NCBI GenBank assembly: GCA_964016885.1
Contig: OZ024743.1
Span: 83,762,001-83,826,000 of the forward strand
DNA: 64,000 bases
DNA from: Eledone cirrhosa
Taxonomy: Eukaryota
Direction: 5' to 3'
Within the stretch, counting starts at the first letter, position 1, and every line of letters begins with the position of its first letter. Position numbers and translations under genes: made by a program. The notes below the pieces were generated by a model, which saw only the letters and a program-made list of their open reading frames with translations, was not told the origin of the DNA and searched no databases. Shown here piece after piece: positions 1-13,938 of the stretch.

Positions 1-48
1 TGTATATATATATATATATGTATGCGTGTATGTGTATATGTGTGTAAA

Positions 49-85
<37 letters not shown>

Positions 86-441
86 TTATGTGTGTATGTG
101 TCTATGTATTTATATGTGTATATGTATGTGTCTCTATATGTATGCGTCTATGTATGTGTATGTGTATTTATATGGTATGTGTATGTATATGTATGTGTAT
201 GTATGTGTTTATATATATGTGTATGTATATGTATGTATATGTATGTGTGTGTATGCGTGTGTATTTATTTATATGTCTATATGTATGTATATCGATGTAT
301 ACTTTATATTTTACTTGTTTGTATATATATGTGTGTGTATATATGTGTATATGTATGTGTATGTATATATATATGTGTGTATATATGTGTATATATATAT
401 GTATATGTATATATATATGTGTGTGTGTGTGTGTATGTGTG

Positions 442-480
<39 letters not shown>
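1..480. repeat. Degenerate (TA/TG)n compound microsatellite
   Basis: Almost entirely alternating purine/pyrimidine dinucleotides; the overlapping ORFs are Y/I/C/V/M low-complexity artefacts. Confidence 0.95.
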
Positions 481-483
<3 letters not shown>

Positions 484-1086
484 CTTGATATATTTCTTTT
501 TTCTTTTTTCTTTTTCTTTTCTTTTTATTTCTAAGTTTATAGATACATCTATAAATAGGCAGCCTGCCGAAACCGTTGAATACTGACCTCTCCCCCCCTC
601 CCACCTAATTTCTGTATCCTGATCTAAATATGTGTGGCAGTGTTTATGTGCGTGCATTAATGTCCATATGCTTATGATAATACTATATGCACATATATAT
701 GTGTGTGGGGGTGTGTGTGTGTATGTATGTTCGTAGTTATGTGTATGTTTATGCATATACGCGCGTGTGGGTGTGAGTGTACGAATATGTGTGAGTATAT
801 GAATGTGTGTATACATTTGTTTCATACTTATGTGTCTATACGCATTTTATCTGTGGATTATAGACTTACAGAGACATTAGCCTTGAATTTTTGTATTTGC
901 ATACATCTTTTTGGCATGCGTATGCATGTGAACATATATCTTTATGTAAATATGTGTATGAAGTTAATTACATGTATATACACACACCAAACTGCATAAA
1001 ATTGTTTGTATTTTCATTGGTCAATTTGAACTCTGTTCCCAAACGGACCTGAAATTTTGAATTGTTGTTATTATCAATAAATATAT

Positions 1087-1243
1087 TTCATTATTTCTGA
1101 AGACGGCATATATATATGTGTTGGGTATGTATATTTAATTTTGATAGTTTGTATAATTTTGTATAATTTTGTACATAGATCTGTTGAATATGCATGCCAA
1201 TTCTAACACATATATATCCTAGAAACGATCGTTAAATAATGAA
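1087..1243 (+). ncRNA. Type I hammerhead ribozyme with very long stem II
   Basis: Stem I TTCATTATTT (1087-1096)/AAATAATGAA (1234-1243); core CTGAAGA (1097); stem II base ATATATATGTGTTGG/CTAACACATATATAT; GAAAC-GATC-GTT with palindromic ACGATCGT stem III. Confidence 0.7.
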
Positions 1244-1437
1244 CTTTTTTTGTTTAATATAAGGAACTGTTTCATTGTTTTATTCATTATTTTTTTAATA
1301 TTTTATCTTGACTCTGTATTCCGTTTATCTTTCACCGAAAGTGATTTTTCATTGCATCTCTTCTTTCCATGATATCCGGATTACATTGAGTTCTTCATAC
1401 GGATTGGACACTACCGTAAACTCTTGGTAGATTTATC

Positions 1438-1528
<91 letters not shown>

Positions 1529-1763
1529 ATATGAAGAAGAGAGAGATAAAGAAGAACAAATAAAGAAATAGAGAAACAGCAAAAGGGAGCGAGAGGGGGG
1601 TGGGGTGTTGTATAACGGCTCCCGTATTAATTAGTAAAATGTATTAATATATTACTAGATAAAGAACATCTTGCACAATTTGAAAAATGAACGGAAACAT
1701 TTTTTTTAAATTTCATTGAGCCAGACTATATGATTCTTTTCAAAAGCCTTCAAGACAAACCAC

Positions 1764-2022
<259 letters not shown>

Positions 2023-2123
2023 CGAAGTTTGAAAGCCACAACAATGAGGATTGGACGGAAAAATAATCAAGCCGTAAGAAACGAGGTTTGTTTTTTTTAC
2101 CTTAATTCATTCATATATACTAA

Positions 2124-2467
2124 ACTTTATATATATAAAAGCGAGGATGTGTGTGTGTGTGTACAACTTTGCATACTTAAGGCTTTTACAATTACCAACT
2201 GAATTTTCTGTGCACGTTGCACAAGTCGCTAAGATTGTCACATCACAAACATTTTTTTAAATCGACCCACGTTGAGCAATAAAAAATCGATATCAAAATT
2301 ATCGGTAGCAAAATTGATGTAAGGGAGATAACCAACTTTATTGACAATCCTTATAAAGAGACTACTTATTTTGACAGGTTGGGGACAAATAATATTCTTC
2401 TTTTACTTCCTCACTGTATATTCTTAGCATAATATAAAACCCCGAGCAACGCCGGGTAAATCTGTAG
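2124..2467 (+). mobile_element. Non-autonomous Helitron-like element
   Basis: 5' CTTTATATATATAAAAGCG; 3' hairpin CCCGAGCAACGCCGGG followed by GTAG|T. It lies between the arms of an inverted repeat (2019-2107/2471-2551). Confidence 0.7.
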
Positions 2468-2612
2468 TATAAATTAAGGTAAAAAAAACAACCCTCGTTT
2501 CTTACGACTTGCTTATTTATCCGCATTGTCGTGGCTTTCAAACTTCGAATTCTTTATACCATATACAATGCTTAAGTAAACTAAAAATTCCGCCTATATA
2601 TATATATATATA

Positions 2613-3014
2613 TATATATTGGTAAACGGAATAGAAAATGCTGACAAATTGTTCACAGTTGAAAAATGGTTTAATTAGGAATAAAAGAGTATTAGTGATT
2701 GTATGAGTTAGTATTCAGTTGTGGTTTTAAGTTTTTAAGTTTTTACCGGTTGCGCATTTCTAAATGCTTTTCAAAATAATTTTGAGATAGAGTGTCCGTG
2801 CTGTTTGCTCTGATCAGAGCAAACAGCACGGACACTCTATCTCAAAATTATTTTGAAAAGCATTTAGAAATGCGCAACCGGTAAAAACTTAAAAACTTAA
2901 AACCACAACTGAATACTAACTCATACAATCACTAATACTCTTTTATTCCTAATTAAACCATTTTTCAACTGTGAACAATTTGTCAGCATTTTCTATTCCG
3001 TTTACCAATATATA
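2613..3014. repeat. Spacerless ~400 bp palindrome with decayed HHR motif in each arm
   Basis: Symmetry centre TGATCA at 2811-2816; arms match to the flanking (TA)n. Contains TTGAAAA-GCATT-TAGA-AATGC-GCAAC-CGGTA. Confidence 0.9.
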
Positions 3015-3056
3015 ATAACTTGTGTGTTACACCTCTATTCTTTTAACTATATATAT

Positions 3057-3980
3057 ATATTATTATAAATCATGTCTACAGAATTATTAGATAAACAAAA
3101 TATATACTCCATTTCCTCTGCCAAACGGCACAATCAACCATATAAAAAATCAATTATACTAAGCCATAAGGATAAAAGCTCCTATGAAGAAATCTCCGAC
3201 AAATAAACGAGAGTGGCTTCTTCGCGGTATCCACAGCAGGTTATTTATCCAACATTTCGACAGCATGCATAAATCGACCAAGTACATAATTAACCATATG
3301 CAATTCGGTGTAAAATCAAACATACCGTAACCATCCCTATCATGGTTTCATGATTAAATTTGGCGATATTTGGCTGCGCTTTCGAGCGACAGGCCTACAC
3401 GCCGTCAACAGCCAATCACATTCTTTCCAACTTGACCACGGCCATAGTGTGATTCTTAGCCATTTTTGAATCCAATTTTGGCGCGATCGGCTTGGAATAC
3501 TAAGTGTCTATTTTTGAGTTTATCTCCTGATGATTCCGAACTCAATGGATTTCCTATTAATAGGATATCTAAAAATACGGATAAAACCATGGTAGGGATG
3601 GTTACGGTATGTACACAGTTCTTCTATGTTTGATTTTACACCGAATTGCATATGGTTAATTGTGTACTTGGTCGATTTATGCATGCTGTCGAAATGTTGG
3701 ATAAATAACCTGCTGTGGATACCGCGAAGAAGCCACTCTCGTTTATCTGTCGGAGATTTCTTCATAGGAGCTTTTATCCTTATGGCTTAGTATAATTGAT
3801 TTTTTATATGGTTGATTGTGCTGTTTGGCAGAGGAAATGGAGTATATATTTTGTTTATGTAATAATTCTGTAGACATGATTTATAATAATATATTGCTCT
3901 GAGTATTTAATTTATTAATTCTTCATAGAGCTAAAAAGTGACCGGTTGTAACATATATAAATTTATGTATATGTAAACCT
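3057..3980 (+). mobile_element. HHR-bearing non-coding element (659-bp family) with 5' fold-back inversion
   Basis: Inverted arms 3057-3348/3585-3893; HHR 3522-3599 (ATCTC CTGATGA TTCCG...CGGAT AAAAC CATG GTA GGGAT); homologous to 61751-62499. Confidence 0.75.
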
Positions 3981-3981
3981 T

Positions 3982-4007
<26 letters not shown>

Positions 4008-4012
<5 letters not shown>

Positions 4013-7000
4013 GCAAGTATGAAGAATTATTAGATAAAATATATCCAGTCTTTCCTCACCCTAGTCCGTAGAAATCAACTAGATAAATAATCATTTAAAC
4101 GGGACTATAAGTTTAAAATGTAACTATGAAGAAATAATAGACAAATGATACAGACTATTTTCCGCAATGAACAGTCAGATAAAATTTATCTAGTCTTTTC
4201 TCTTAGCCCGTAGAAATTAACTAGACAAATAATCAATTAAACGGAGCTAAGTCTAAAATATAAGTTAGAAGAAAAAATGCATATAAACTTTACCAAAATT
4301 CCTCTAGTCCCCACTATCGATAGTTTCGCTCGTCCTTTGTGGATATATCCGATCTTGGTATTATCCATGAGGCTTAGAGCTTATCAAGAGACCTCTCAGG
4401 TTTGGACTAAAAATTTCTACAGTGATCGCTGCCAGAAATGAATTCAAAAATGGCTAAGAATCATCACGTGGCTCGTGGTCAAAGTAGAAGGTTGTGAATG
4501 GTGGCCAGGTGGCAGGTAGGCTGGCTGCTAGAAAGAGCAGCCAGATACCGCCTAAAGTTTTACTCTACTGAACGGGAGTATATATTAAATTCATAGGAAT
4601 ATTTACTCTTTTACTCTTTTACCTGTTCCACCCATCCGGCTGAGGCCATGCTGGGGCACCGCCCTTGTCGCTACACATTTTATCTCCAGCCTGTATTGGT
4701 TGACCACTGGTGTAAGAGGGAGTTTGTTGCTGCTGCCCTTAGGTTTCCCTGTGGGCTCATCCGGGATCCTGGATAGCAAGGTGTCGACATGTTTCTTGAA
4801 GACATTCACCTCCACACCATGCAGATCTCTCAGATCCCTCGGCAGCTTGTTGAAGAGTTGAGGGCCCTTGAATCCCAGGCTATTGCAATATCTGCTCCTT
4901 ATTCTAGATGTGGAAGACATTTGGCACCACACAGTGACGTCCTGTTCGACTGTTGGTCCAGCTCCCAATGCCAAAGTTTGGTGCTAGTCCCTCCAGGATT
5001 TTCCACATGTAGATCACTGCGTATCTCTCCCGTCTTCGCTCCAAGGAGTAGAGGTTCAGTTCCTTCAGTCTCTCCCAGTAGCTTGTCTCCTTCATCTTGG
5101 CAATCCTCTTGGTGTAGCTTCGCTGGATTGTCTCAAGCTCCGTGGTTAGTTTGACACTATGGGGTGACCACAACTGGGAGCATTAGTCCAGGCGGCTTAG
5201 GACAGATGTCCTCCATAGTGTTAACATGGTGTCTCGGTCTCTTGTCCGGAAAGTCCTCAAGATCCAGTCAGCGAGTCGTCCGCACATTGTCGCCACTTTC
5301 ATGATGTGTGAGGAAAAAGATGCATCATCGCTCATGTCTATACCCAGGTCTCGTATCGATTTTGACACGGGGATATCGTCCCTCCTGGTCCTTCGTAACT
5401 GAGTTGTACTGTATTTGTGTTTGCAGGTTCATATTGTAGGGCTTGTAATTTGCCGGCATGTTGCTTTCTTCCGCCCATTTGTATATGGCATCCAGATCTT
5501 GTTGTAAAAGGGCAGCGTCAGCCGGGTTTTTGATTACCTGTGCTACCTTAGTGTCATTAGCATAGCTAGTGAGGGATGTTGTATTTACTACAGTGGGCAT
5601 GCCTGAGAGAGCCACCAAAAACAGTAGTGGTCCCAGGACTGTCCCTTGGGGCACCCCACTTGTTATTGATGTTTCCTTTGAGAGGGCCCATTTGCTGCGA
5701 CTGTCTGGCTTCTGTCCTTTAAGAAGTCATGCAACTACTCACCTACTTTTCCAGTTATGCCGAGTCCGTGTAGTTTGTGACATATCATTCCGTGGTCGAC
5801 CTTGTCAAAGGCCTTCGCAAAGTCAAGATATATCACGTCCACATGTGAGCTGTCTAGTAGTTGTTTCAGTACCCAGTCGTAGTGATGTAGCAGCTGTGTA
5901 ATGCATCTCCTTCCTGTGTGAAAGCCAAGCTGCGTGCTAGTCAGGCGGTCATTTTCCTCGAGGAAAGTGATCAGTTTCTTTCTGACGACTCGCTCCATGA
6001 CCTTACTGATATTCGACGTCAGGGAGACTGGCCTATAGTTTTTGGCCTCCGCTCGGCTACCTCATTTATGGATAGGGCATATTGTGCCTTCTTTCAGCTC
6101 CCTGGGTATATACCGCTAGCCAAGGAGCTTCTGAAGAGCGTCTTCAGTGGGGTTGCTAAGGCCCGCTTACATATTTTTAAGAGGACTGCTGGAAATCCAT
6201 CAGGTCCAGCAGCTGAGTCTGTTCTAATTTCATCTATGGCGTACACCACATTCTCCTCCGTTATGTCTATGTGGTTGATGGTCACCATATCTTCATGTAG
6301 TGTTGTGGCATCAAAGAACTCCTCTGGCTTTGTTATTTGCATGCGCCTCAGTGGACATGTGAACACACCTCATGTCTGTTCGTTCAGTATTTCACATATC
6401 CCTTGGGGATTCTCGGTTAATGAACCGTCTTGCAGTGTACCGAGGCAGTTTCTTTTGAAAATTTAAAGAAGGCCTTAGGGTTTGTTTTAATATTTTCTAT
6501 GGTCCTGCTTTCTTTCTTTGCCCTCTCATTTTCATGGGAAAGTTTGAGTGCAGTCTCGGTGTCAAGTAGTGCACGTTTCAAATAGGGTTCCTTCTTGTTC
6601 TTGTTTTCTTGTTGTGCATTCAACTGGTTTGAGAGCTTGGTTCTACGTCAAATGATGATTTTCCTATCTCTGGGAATAAGATTTTTGTGTCTGTTTGTCT
6701 TTTTCTCCGGGACAAACTTTTTGTATATAGTGTGTATCGTTGTCAGGAAGTGTTGGAATTGTGTGTTAGTGTCTTGTGTGGCGGTGTTTTCGCTCCATGT
6801 TTGCTTCCGAATTTCTCTCTTGATCTTTTTCCAGTTAGCCTTGTAGAAGTTAAGGCCGGATAACGTCCGGGTGCTTCTTGATGGTTGTGTCTCTGTTGGT
6901 TCTCTAGGACCACATATCATTAGTTCTACTAAGTTATGATCCGAGAATATTGTTGGTGTCACTTTTACATTGTGGATGAGCACTTCGTTGTTTGTAAAAC

Positions 7001-7861
7001 AGAGGTCCAGGACATTTTCGCCTCTTGTTGGGAAGAGTAATGCTTGTTCCATAAACAGCCTGTGTGTGAGGGCCAGCAGGGATTCCGTCTGTATCAGTTC
7101 TATTGACGTCATTCCAGGGAGGAGGTGGCCCTCAGGCCATTGGACCTTTGGCAGGTTGAAGTCTCCCAGCAGTAGAATGTTGAGACCCTGGTCCAGTTTG
7201 ACAAGGACCTCTTCTATCCTACTGAGGCTATCCTTAAATTTACCCTCATAACTGGGGGCATCGGGCGACCGATATGTGACACATATTAGTGTCTTTAGTT
7301 GCTTCATAAGTACTATCAGTGTGTCACAGACTGAGTTTGAGTGTGTCAACAGTACAATTGGTGTGACATCTTCACGGATATACAGAGCAACCCCACCGTG
7401 AGTTCTCTCCTTCCTGTCCGAACGAAATACAGTATATTTCGGTATATGTATTTCTGCATCTGCTATACTGCTTGTCATGTGCGTTTCGGTTAGTGCCATG
7501 CACAATACTTGATTGCTTATGGCTAAGTCTCCCAGGTAGGAAATTCTACTCATGTTAGTGAGTTTCACCAGGCGTCTGACATTCAGCAGCAGCACTGGTG
7601 TAACTTTAGGGGTGCCAGTAATGGCTGTCGGTATGACACCTGGCCTGGTGTCAGCGGCGGCCACTATATACGGACCTGTATATATTTAGATATATATTTA
7701 GACATAGTCACAGATACATATATGAGTGTGGCTACCTTTCACGGTGTGGCTCAATGAAAAATTTAATTAAGCAAATAATTATTAATCAGAGCTATATATG
7801 AAATTGCAAGTTTGAAGAATTATTAAATGAAATATATCCAGTCTTTCCTCACCCTAGTCCG

Positions 7862-7862
<1 letters not shown>
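4008..7862 (-). mobile_element. Diverged copy of the same HHR family, interrupted by the LINE
   Basis: Direct repeats 4008-4069/7801-7862; 4420-4550 is reverse-homologous to 3360-3490; decayed minus-strand HHR at ~4311-4390 (TTGATAA-GCTC...GAGC-GAAAC-TATCGATAG). Confidence 0.6.
4602..7664 (-). mobile_element. CR1-group LINE, ORF2 (APE endonuclease + reverse transcriptase), frameshifted and inactive
   Basis: APE motifs LGDFNLP, LDLCFTN, SDHNLV (6648-7664); RT motifs DVIYLDFAKAFDKVDH, PQGTVLGPLLFL, YANDTK (mutated YADD); CR1-type C-terminus ERLKELNLYSLERRRER; short tandem 3' tail (GAGTAAAA-like) at 4602-4621. Confidence 0.92.
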
Positions 7863-7893
<31 letters not shown>

Positions 7894-7902
7894 AAGAGAG
7901 AT

Positions 7903-8063
7903 AGATAGAGATGTAAAATCCCGATCACGGTGCCAAGCGGTTTCGGCTTGTATGTTCAGAGATAGAGAAAGAGAGATAGAGAGAATTTGCGGAGCTGAGA
8001 CTGAAGAGACGACAAGCCAAAACCGCTAGGCGCCGCGGTCGGGATTTTACATCTCTCTCTATC
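7903..8063. repeat. Fold-back inverted repeat with HHR remnant
   Basis: GAGATGTAAAATCCCGATCACGGTGCCAAGCGGTTTCGGCTTGT versus ACAAGCCAAAACCGCTAGGCGCCGCGGTCGGGATTTTACATCTC; CTGAAGA upstream of the right arm. Confidence 0.65.
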
Positions 8064-8951
8064 GCTTTCTATATTTAAATCATATATATGAAAATATTCA
8101 GGAACATACGCGTAGTTTAAGGTGGAAAAAGTCATATGTTACTTACAGAGTCGTTCAAAAAGCCGAACTGAACACTCGATCTAAGTAATCAATTCGCCAT
8201 TACCAACTATCGATTTTGGTAAAACAACGGAAAACAAAGATCTAATCAGTAGGATTGTCCTAATATAAATAAATACCTTTATATCTGTCGAGAGCAGAGA
8301 GTTTGTTTAAATCTCCACTCCATATTGTGTCAAAAATGGTTTAACGGCCAGGACAGATATAAATAGGACTGGACGTGGTATCGGCTAGAGAGAGCTCAGA
8401 AATACCAGCTACAGTTGAAGCAACTCAACAAATTAATAAATTTGGAGTAGTTATATACTATGTTAACGTATCAATACATATTTAATATATCTGAGGATCG
8501 TGTTTCTCGATAAATAAGCTCAATGGACCTTGGTTCAGAGCATCAATGATTTAAGTTAAATATATCCAGTCATATTCAGACCCAACGTGATTACACCATG
8601 TTGAATATCATATACATAGAAGGAAGTCACGAAACTAAAATAAAATAAAATAAAAGGATCTTTGGGGTCATTATCATCTAGTATTTCAATAACGTAAACG
8701 ATTTCAATGATAAATTCATCTTCTTTCCGTGCACATTCAATCGTACAATACGTGTTTACTAAATTAATGAGATATTTGTTTTAACGCTTTCCTTATTTAT
8801 TCATTCATTTTTTGTCACATATTCACATATACTTTCCCACTTCCTCATCTTTCTGTGTATGTTTGTATACATAAATATGTGCATATATACATATATTTTT
8901 GTTGGTGTGTGTGGGGGGGGGAGGGGTATGCGTGTATATATGTACACACAG

Positions 8952-8990
<39 letters not shown>

Positions 8991-9047
8991 ATTTATATAT
9001 ATCCACATATATTTAACCATATTTATATGTGAATATGTTATTGCTGT

Positions 9048-9276
<229 letters not shown>

Positions 9277-9279
9277 GTT

Positions 9280-9314
<35 letters not shown>

Positions 9315-9708
9315 TATGTATATATATATGTGTATGTGTGTATGTATATGTATATATATATATGTATATATATATGTATATATGTGTGTGTGTGTGGCTC
9401 GTCTTCGACAAACATACTGAGAATGTTTTAAACAAAGTAATTTACTGTGGACAGATAATTAGTTTGAATATTTGATATACTAGACAAGGGTTTACACAAT
9501 GACACATCAGCTACAAATGTGCATGATAGTCGCATTACATTCGACATACGACTTTGTTTGCAGTCTTTTATTTTATTTTAGCATTTCTCTTCTTTTACTC
9601 GTTTCAGTCATATCGATTCCCAGTACTTTTTTTTTCCTCAATTCGGGTACATGTATAATCGATCACTTTTTTTTTTTTCATTTTTATTTATTTTCATTAT
9701 ATATCTAA

Positions 9709-10522
9709 CTAGATGAATGACCCGGCGTTGCCAGGGTTACTGCTGTTTAGTATTCAGATTAGTAAACAATAAATATAGAGATATATTTTTTCCTCATAAT
9801 TATTTCAAAATATGTACTTTGTATTTTTTTTTAAATATCAAAATTGCAATGATAATGGAATTTAGAAATGAAAATCTGTCAATCTTGAAGTACCTCAGGG
9901 TAAACAATATTTATTGTGTAATATTTTGTTGGTGTCCAAATGAATAAATTGTTGCTGCTTCCAACTCGTGAGCAAACAGCATAGAGTTGACCGTGGGAGA
10001 AACATGTAGTAGAGAGATCAAGTCCCTTCAGTCCAACTACCTTCAGGAATTGACTCTGAGATTTGTTAATAACAAAACATAGTTTGACTGGTAACTGAAG
10101 ACTCTTAAATTCAACCTCACATACACTTTACACACATATACTTGTCAGTAATCACATATTATATGTGTGTGTTTATTCTCTGTGTATCTGATTAAATATT
10201 TATGTGAAGATGTATGTGTATGTAACTTACTGAGGCCTAACGTATGTAACGAACGCACAAACACGCACACACTCACAGACACATACACACTCATATACAA
10301 AATGTGACGTCATCGTCGTGATATAAAATGTCGTTTACTTATAGTCTATAGTAGAATATTTTAGATAAAATGTTATATTGTTTTAATCCAAATGAAAATA
10401 AAAATTACATGTCTAATATTATTACCTTGTAAAATTTGATTTGATTTGGTCGAGCTATTTGAGAATGCATAGGAAACAGATGGACAGACTGACAGAGAGA
10501 CAAAGAATTGTATATAGAGAGA
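9709..10522 (-). mobile_element. Non-autonomous Helitron-like element
   Basis: A|CTAG followed by hairpin CCCGGCGTTGCCAGGG at the left end; right end reads TCTCTCTATATACAA on the minus strand. Confidence 0.75.
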
Positions 10523-10639
10523 TTATTTATTATTATTGTTGTTTTTTTTGTTTTTTTTATTATTTTGGTCGAACTAATAATTTACAGAACATAAACACGG
10601 ACAGACCACAGGCACAGATACAAACGTAAACACATATAT

Positions 10640-10745
<106 letters not shown>

Positions 10746-11074
10746 ATGTGTGTGTTGGATCTTCGTTGGTTACGACGATGAGTCTTCCAGTTGTTTGAGC
10801 GGCCTGCTTTTGGAATTAACGTGCACAGCGCTGAGCATTCCATAATAACACGTGTAACTATAACGTAATTCTCAGGGAGATTCAGCATGACACACTATGA
10901 GGTAAGGCTAACTCTTTGAATTCGCAGATACAGCTGATTTTTTTCTTAAGTTGAAGTAAATGGAGCAACGTGAAATAAAATGTGCATTGAACTCACAATC
11001 TCGAGATTGTGAGCTGAACACCCCTAACCACTAAGTCACACGCTGCCACAAGATGATAACGAATAATGATTTCC

Positions 11075-11280
11075 ACTATAGGCACAAGACCAACATTTTG
11101 GCGGGGGTAGTCGATTAAATCGACTCCAGTGCATTGCTGGTGTTTTATTTTATCAATCCCGTAAGGATGAAAAGCAAAGCTAACCTCGGCGGGATTTGAA
11201 CTCAGAACGTAAAAGGCGGAAACTCTATGCCATGAAGTATGTTGTCCGACACTCCACCAATACTGCTAATCCACCGCCAT
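11075..11280 (-). mobile_element. Diverged tRNA-derived SINE (family A)
   Basis: Reverse complement of B-box GAGTTCAAATCCCGCCGAGG and of the TTTCATCCTTACGGG domain. Confidence 0.75.
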
Positions 11281-11669
11281 ATGATAATGAATAATGATAG
11301 GGAAACAAAATATCATTCAATCTTCTTCATGTATCCAGAGTCGTTCAACCGCAACATTTTTTTATAATAAAATGCTTCAACAGAATCGTTTAAAAACTCA
11401 GCCAAAATTATGTCCACTTGCTTACACACAAATAAAGTAGTATTGTGTTGTATTTAATGTCGAGCTGTTAAGCTGTATTCTAGGATACATAATTGTTAAT
11501 TAATAGGCATTTTAGGCCAGAGGTGATTTTGGCATTCCTTTATATCTGCAGCCGGGAGCGACTGCCCACGTACTTTTTGCCATTTTGCTACGCCGCCACT
11601 GCGTTCTTGGCCTCTTCATGCATCCCCTCCTCTCATATATGTATGTGTATGTGTGTGGAGATGTGTGTG

Positions 11670-11709
<40 letters not shown>

Positions 11710-12446
11710 GTATGGAACGTCAACTCCTTGTGTAGTCATAGGGATACCGTAGTGACATACACGTTTCAGGCATTTTAAACTTGGCGGAGCCCATACCTCT
11801 TTGATTTCTTCCAGAGTAGGAAAGGAAGTGAGTGAGAGGGGGAGGATGGAATGAGAAAAGGATATAAAGGAAGAATAGACCCTAATACAGGACTGGTATA
11901 TGCATGATGGCTGCAACTTGATTTCAAGTAATGCTATCGCTTGATGCTGAAGCATGAGCAGCGCAAACGTGGCTTCTTAGTCTTGGTAGGGACTTGTCTA
12001 TGACCAGCAATACCATGCATTGCAAAAAATGTCATATCAAACGATGCCTGTGCTTGAAGCTTTTTTTAAGCGTGGAAAGGCTTCGCACGGCGCCAATCCC
12101 ACTCTTTGAACATCGAATACATTTACCCCCAAAAGAAGAACTGGTCTACATCATTGGATGCAAACGAGCAGTGGGTTTTACATCGGGGTGACTTTCTCCT
12201 AGAGAGATGTCTTAATGAAGACTAGGAGTCTCACACTCCACAAAACAAAATACTTTTATTGGACGGCCGTTGATTCTCCTGAGTTCCTCCACCCTTTGAC
12301 GGGTTTTGTTTTTCACTCCGCAGGGTGTCAAACATCATTTTCATGACCAAGCAAGCTTGGTCGCATCACACCAAAATGGTAATAGGTTACCGGCGGCATA
12401 TCCTCATACTTGCATATCGACACCTCATTATTGTATGAACATCTGG

Positions 12447-12623
12447 TGGTGAATTGCCAGTATCAGTAGAGGGTCAGACGCCATGCTTTGCAGCATAGAG
12501 TTATGCCCCTTTGTGATCTGAGTTCAAATCCCACCGAGGTTAACTTTACCGTTCATCCTTACGGGGTCGATAAAATAAAGTACCAGTAATTTTGCTGGCC
12601 TTGTGCTAAAAGTAGAAACAATT
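12447..12623 (+). mobile_element. tRNA-derived SINE (family A) with 19-bp TSD
   Basis: A-box-like TTGCCAGTATCAG, B-box GAGTTCAAATCC; TSD ATTATTGTATGAACATCTG at 12428-12446 and 12621-12639. Confidence 0.85.
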
Positions 12624-12631
12624 ATTGTATG

Positions 12632-12710
12632 AACATCTGATGATGTCACGTGGAAACTGTTAATGATATAATCATTGCATAACCACGTCATAGAAATTTA
12701 AATAATTGTT
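12632..12710 (+). ncRNA. Type I hammerhead motif (TGTCAC...GTCAT stem II subtype)
   Basis: CTGATGA TGTCACGTGG...CCACGTCATA GAAAT TTAA ATA; stem I imperfect (AACAT/ATTGTT). Confidence 0.6.
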
Positions 12711-12745
12711 TTATTGTATTATATATAAGTAACCCTGTCTTAACA

Positions 12746-12780
<35 letters not shown>

Positions 12781-12786
<6 letters not shown>

Positions 12787-13740
12787 ATACTTTTGGAGGG
12801 TCATGTTGCCAATAAGAAACACACGCACCAGTTGCTTTCACTTCAATTTATTATAAATTAAATTTATAAATTTAAGAATTTAAGAATTTATAAATTTCCG
12901 GTTGGTTGGTTGGTTCCACAACCGGACGGTTGTTCATATATTGTCAAAGTTCTTTCGTCATACATTCTGTAACCTCTTCAGTGACTGTGGATTCTTTTCT
13001 TTGTTTTGTGCCTCTCCTTTGTTCTGTCCTACGCCATGTTGTTTTTGTGTGTGTTGTGTGCTTAGTTTGCGCATGTGTTACATCCGGGTGTCTGTGTGTG
13101 TTTTTATTTGTTTATTTATTTGTTTATTTACATGTTACTGCTTGGTTGTTTGTTCTATGTGTGTGTGTGTTTTCATTTTGTCCTTAATTGTAAGTTGTGA
13201 TGTTGCTATTCCATTCATGTTTTCTATTTAATTTTGGTTGGAGTTCATTTATGTTTGTTGCCTCTGTGATTTGTCTAAACATTGCGTCTTTTCTGTGTGT
13301 AGATTCTATTTTTATTTCTATGTTCTCTAATTTGCCCTTAAGTTCTATTTTAGCATGTTGGTGGAGTATTGATGATTCTTTTTTATCTTGAAGCTCTCGC
13401 CGGTGTTCATTTAACCATTCTCCTATACTACGAGCTGTCTCACCTATGTACACTATATTCTTATATTTACATTGTCCTTCAGTACATCTTCTGCTATATA
13501 CTACATTTCTAGTTTTACAGTTAATATGGGGTCTTAGTTTACAGATTATGCATTTCTTATCGATACAGGGGTGTTTTTGAAACGGGTATGTATTACTAAT
13601 AAGTGTTTTTATGGAGGTACTTGGTCTTTCTACTATCTTAATAAGTTTAAGTTTATCTAGGGTCCTTCTAAATTTGTAAGCTAATTCACCTTTAGGGGTT
13701 GTATCGATGAACATAATACAACCCCTAGAGGTGAATTAGC
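12781..13740 (-). mobile_element. 5'-truncated Naiad-type Penelope-like element (GIY-YIG endonuclease + 3' pLTR)
   Basis: ORF 13184-13714: CIDKKCIIC...C linker, NVVY...C...C...YIGETARS, SILHQH, RQITEA...PKLNRKHEW; HHR at 12943-12985; short terminal inversion 13680-13740; flanked by (TA)n. Confidence 0.85.
12943..12985 (-). ncRNA. Minimal hammerhead in Naiad-type pLTR
   Basis: Minus strand GTCA CTGAAGA GGTTACAGAATGTATGAC GAAAG AA CTT TGAC; homologue at 27994-28035. Confidence 0.7.
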
Positions 13741-13863
13741 GAAAATATATATACTAATATATATATATATATTAGAATGTATATACGTGTGTGTGTGTGT
13801 AGTTGAAAATAAACAAACAAAACACAGGAGGCAATTTTACACAGTTATATTGGTGGAAATATG

Positions 13864-13938
<75 letters not shown>

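Noticed and set aside
4789-7251. Plus-strand ORFs within the LINE
   Set aside because: Antisense shadows of the minus-strand ORF2.
12781-13714. Selenoprotein-encoding Naiad element (SECIS)
   Set aside because: No in-frame TGA in the retained fragment and no SECIS that I can identify by eye.
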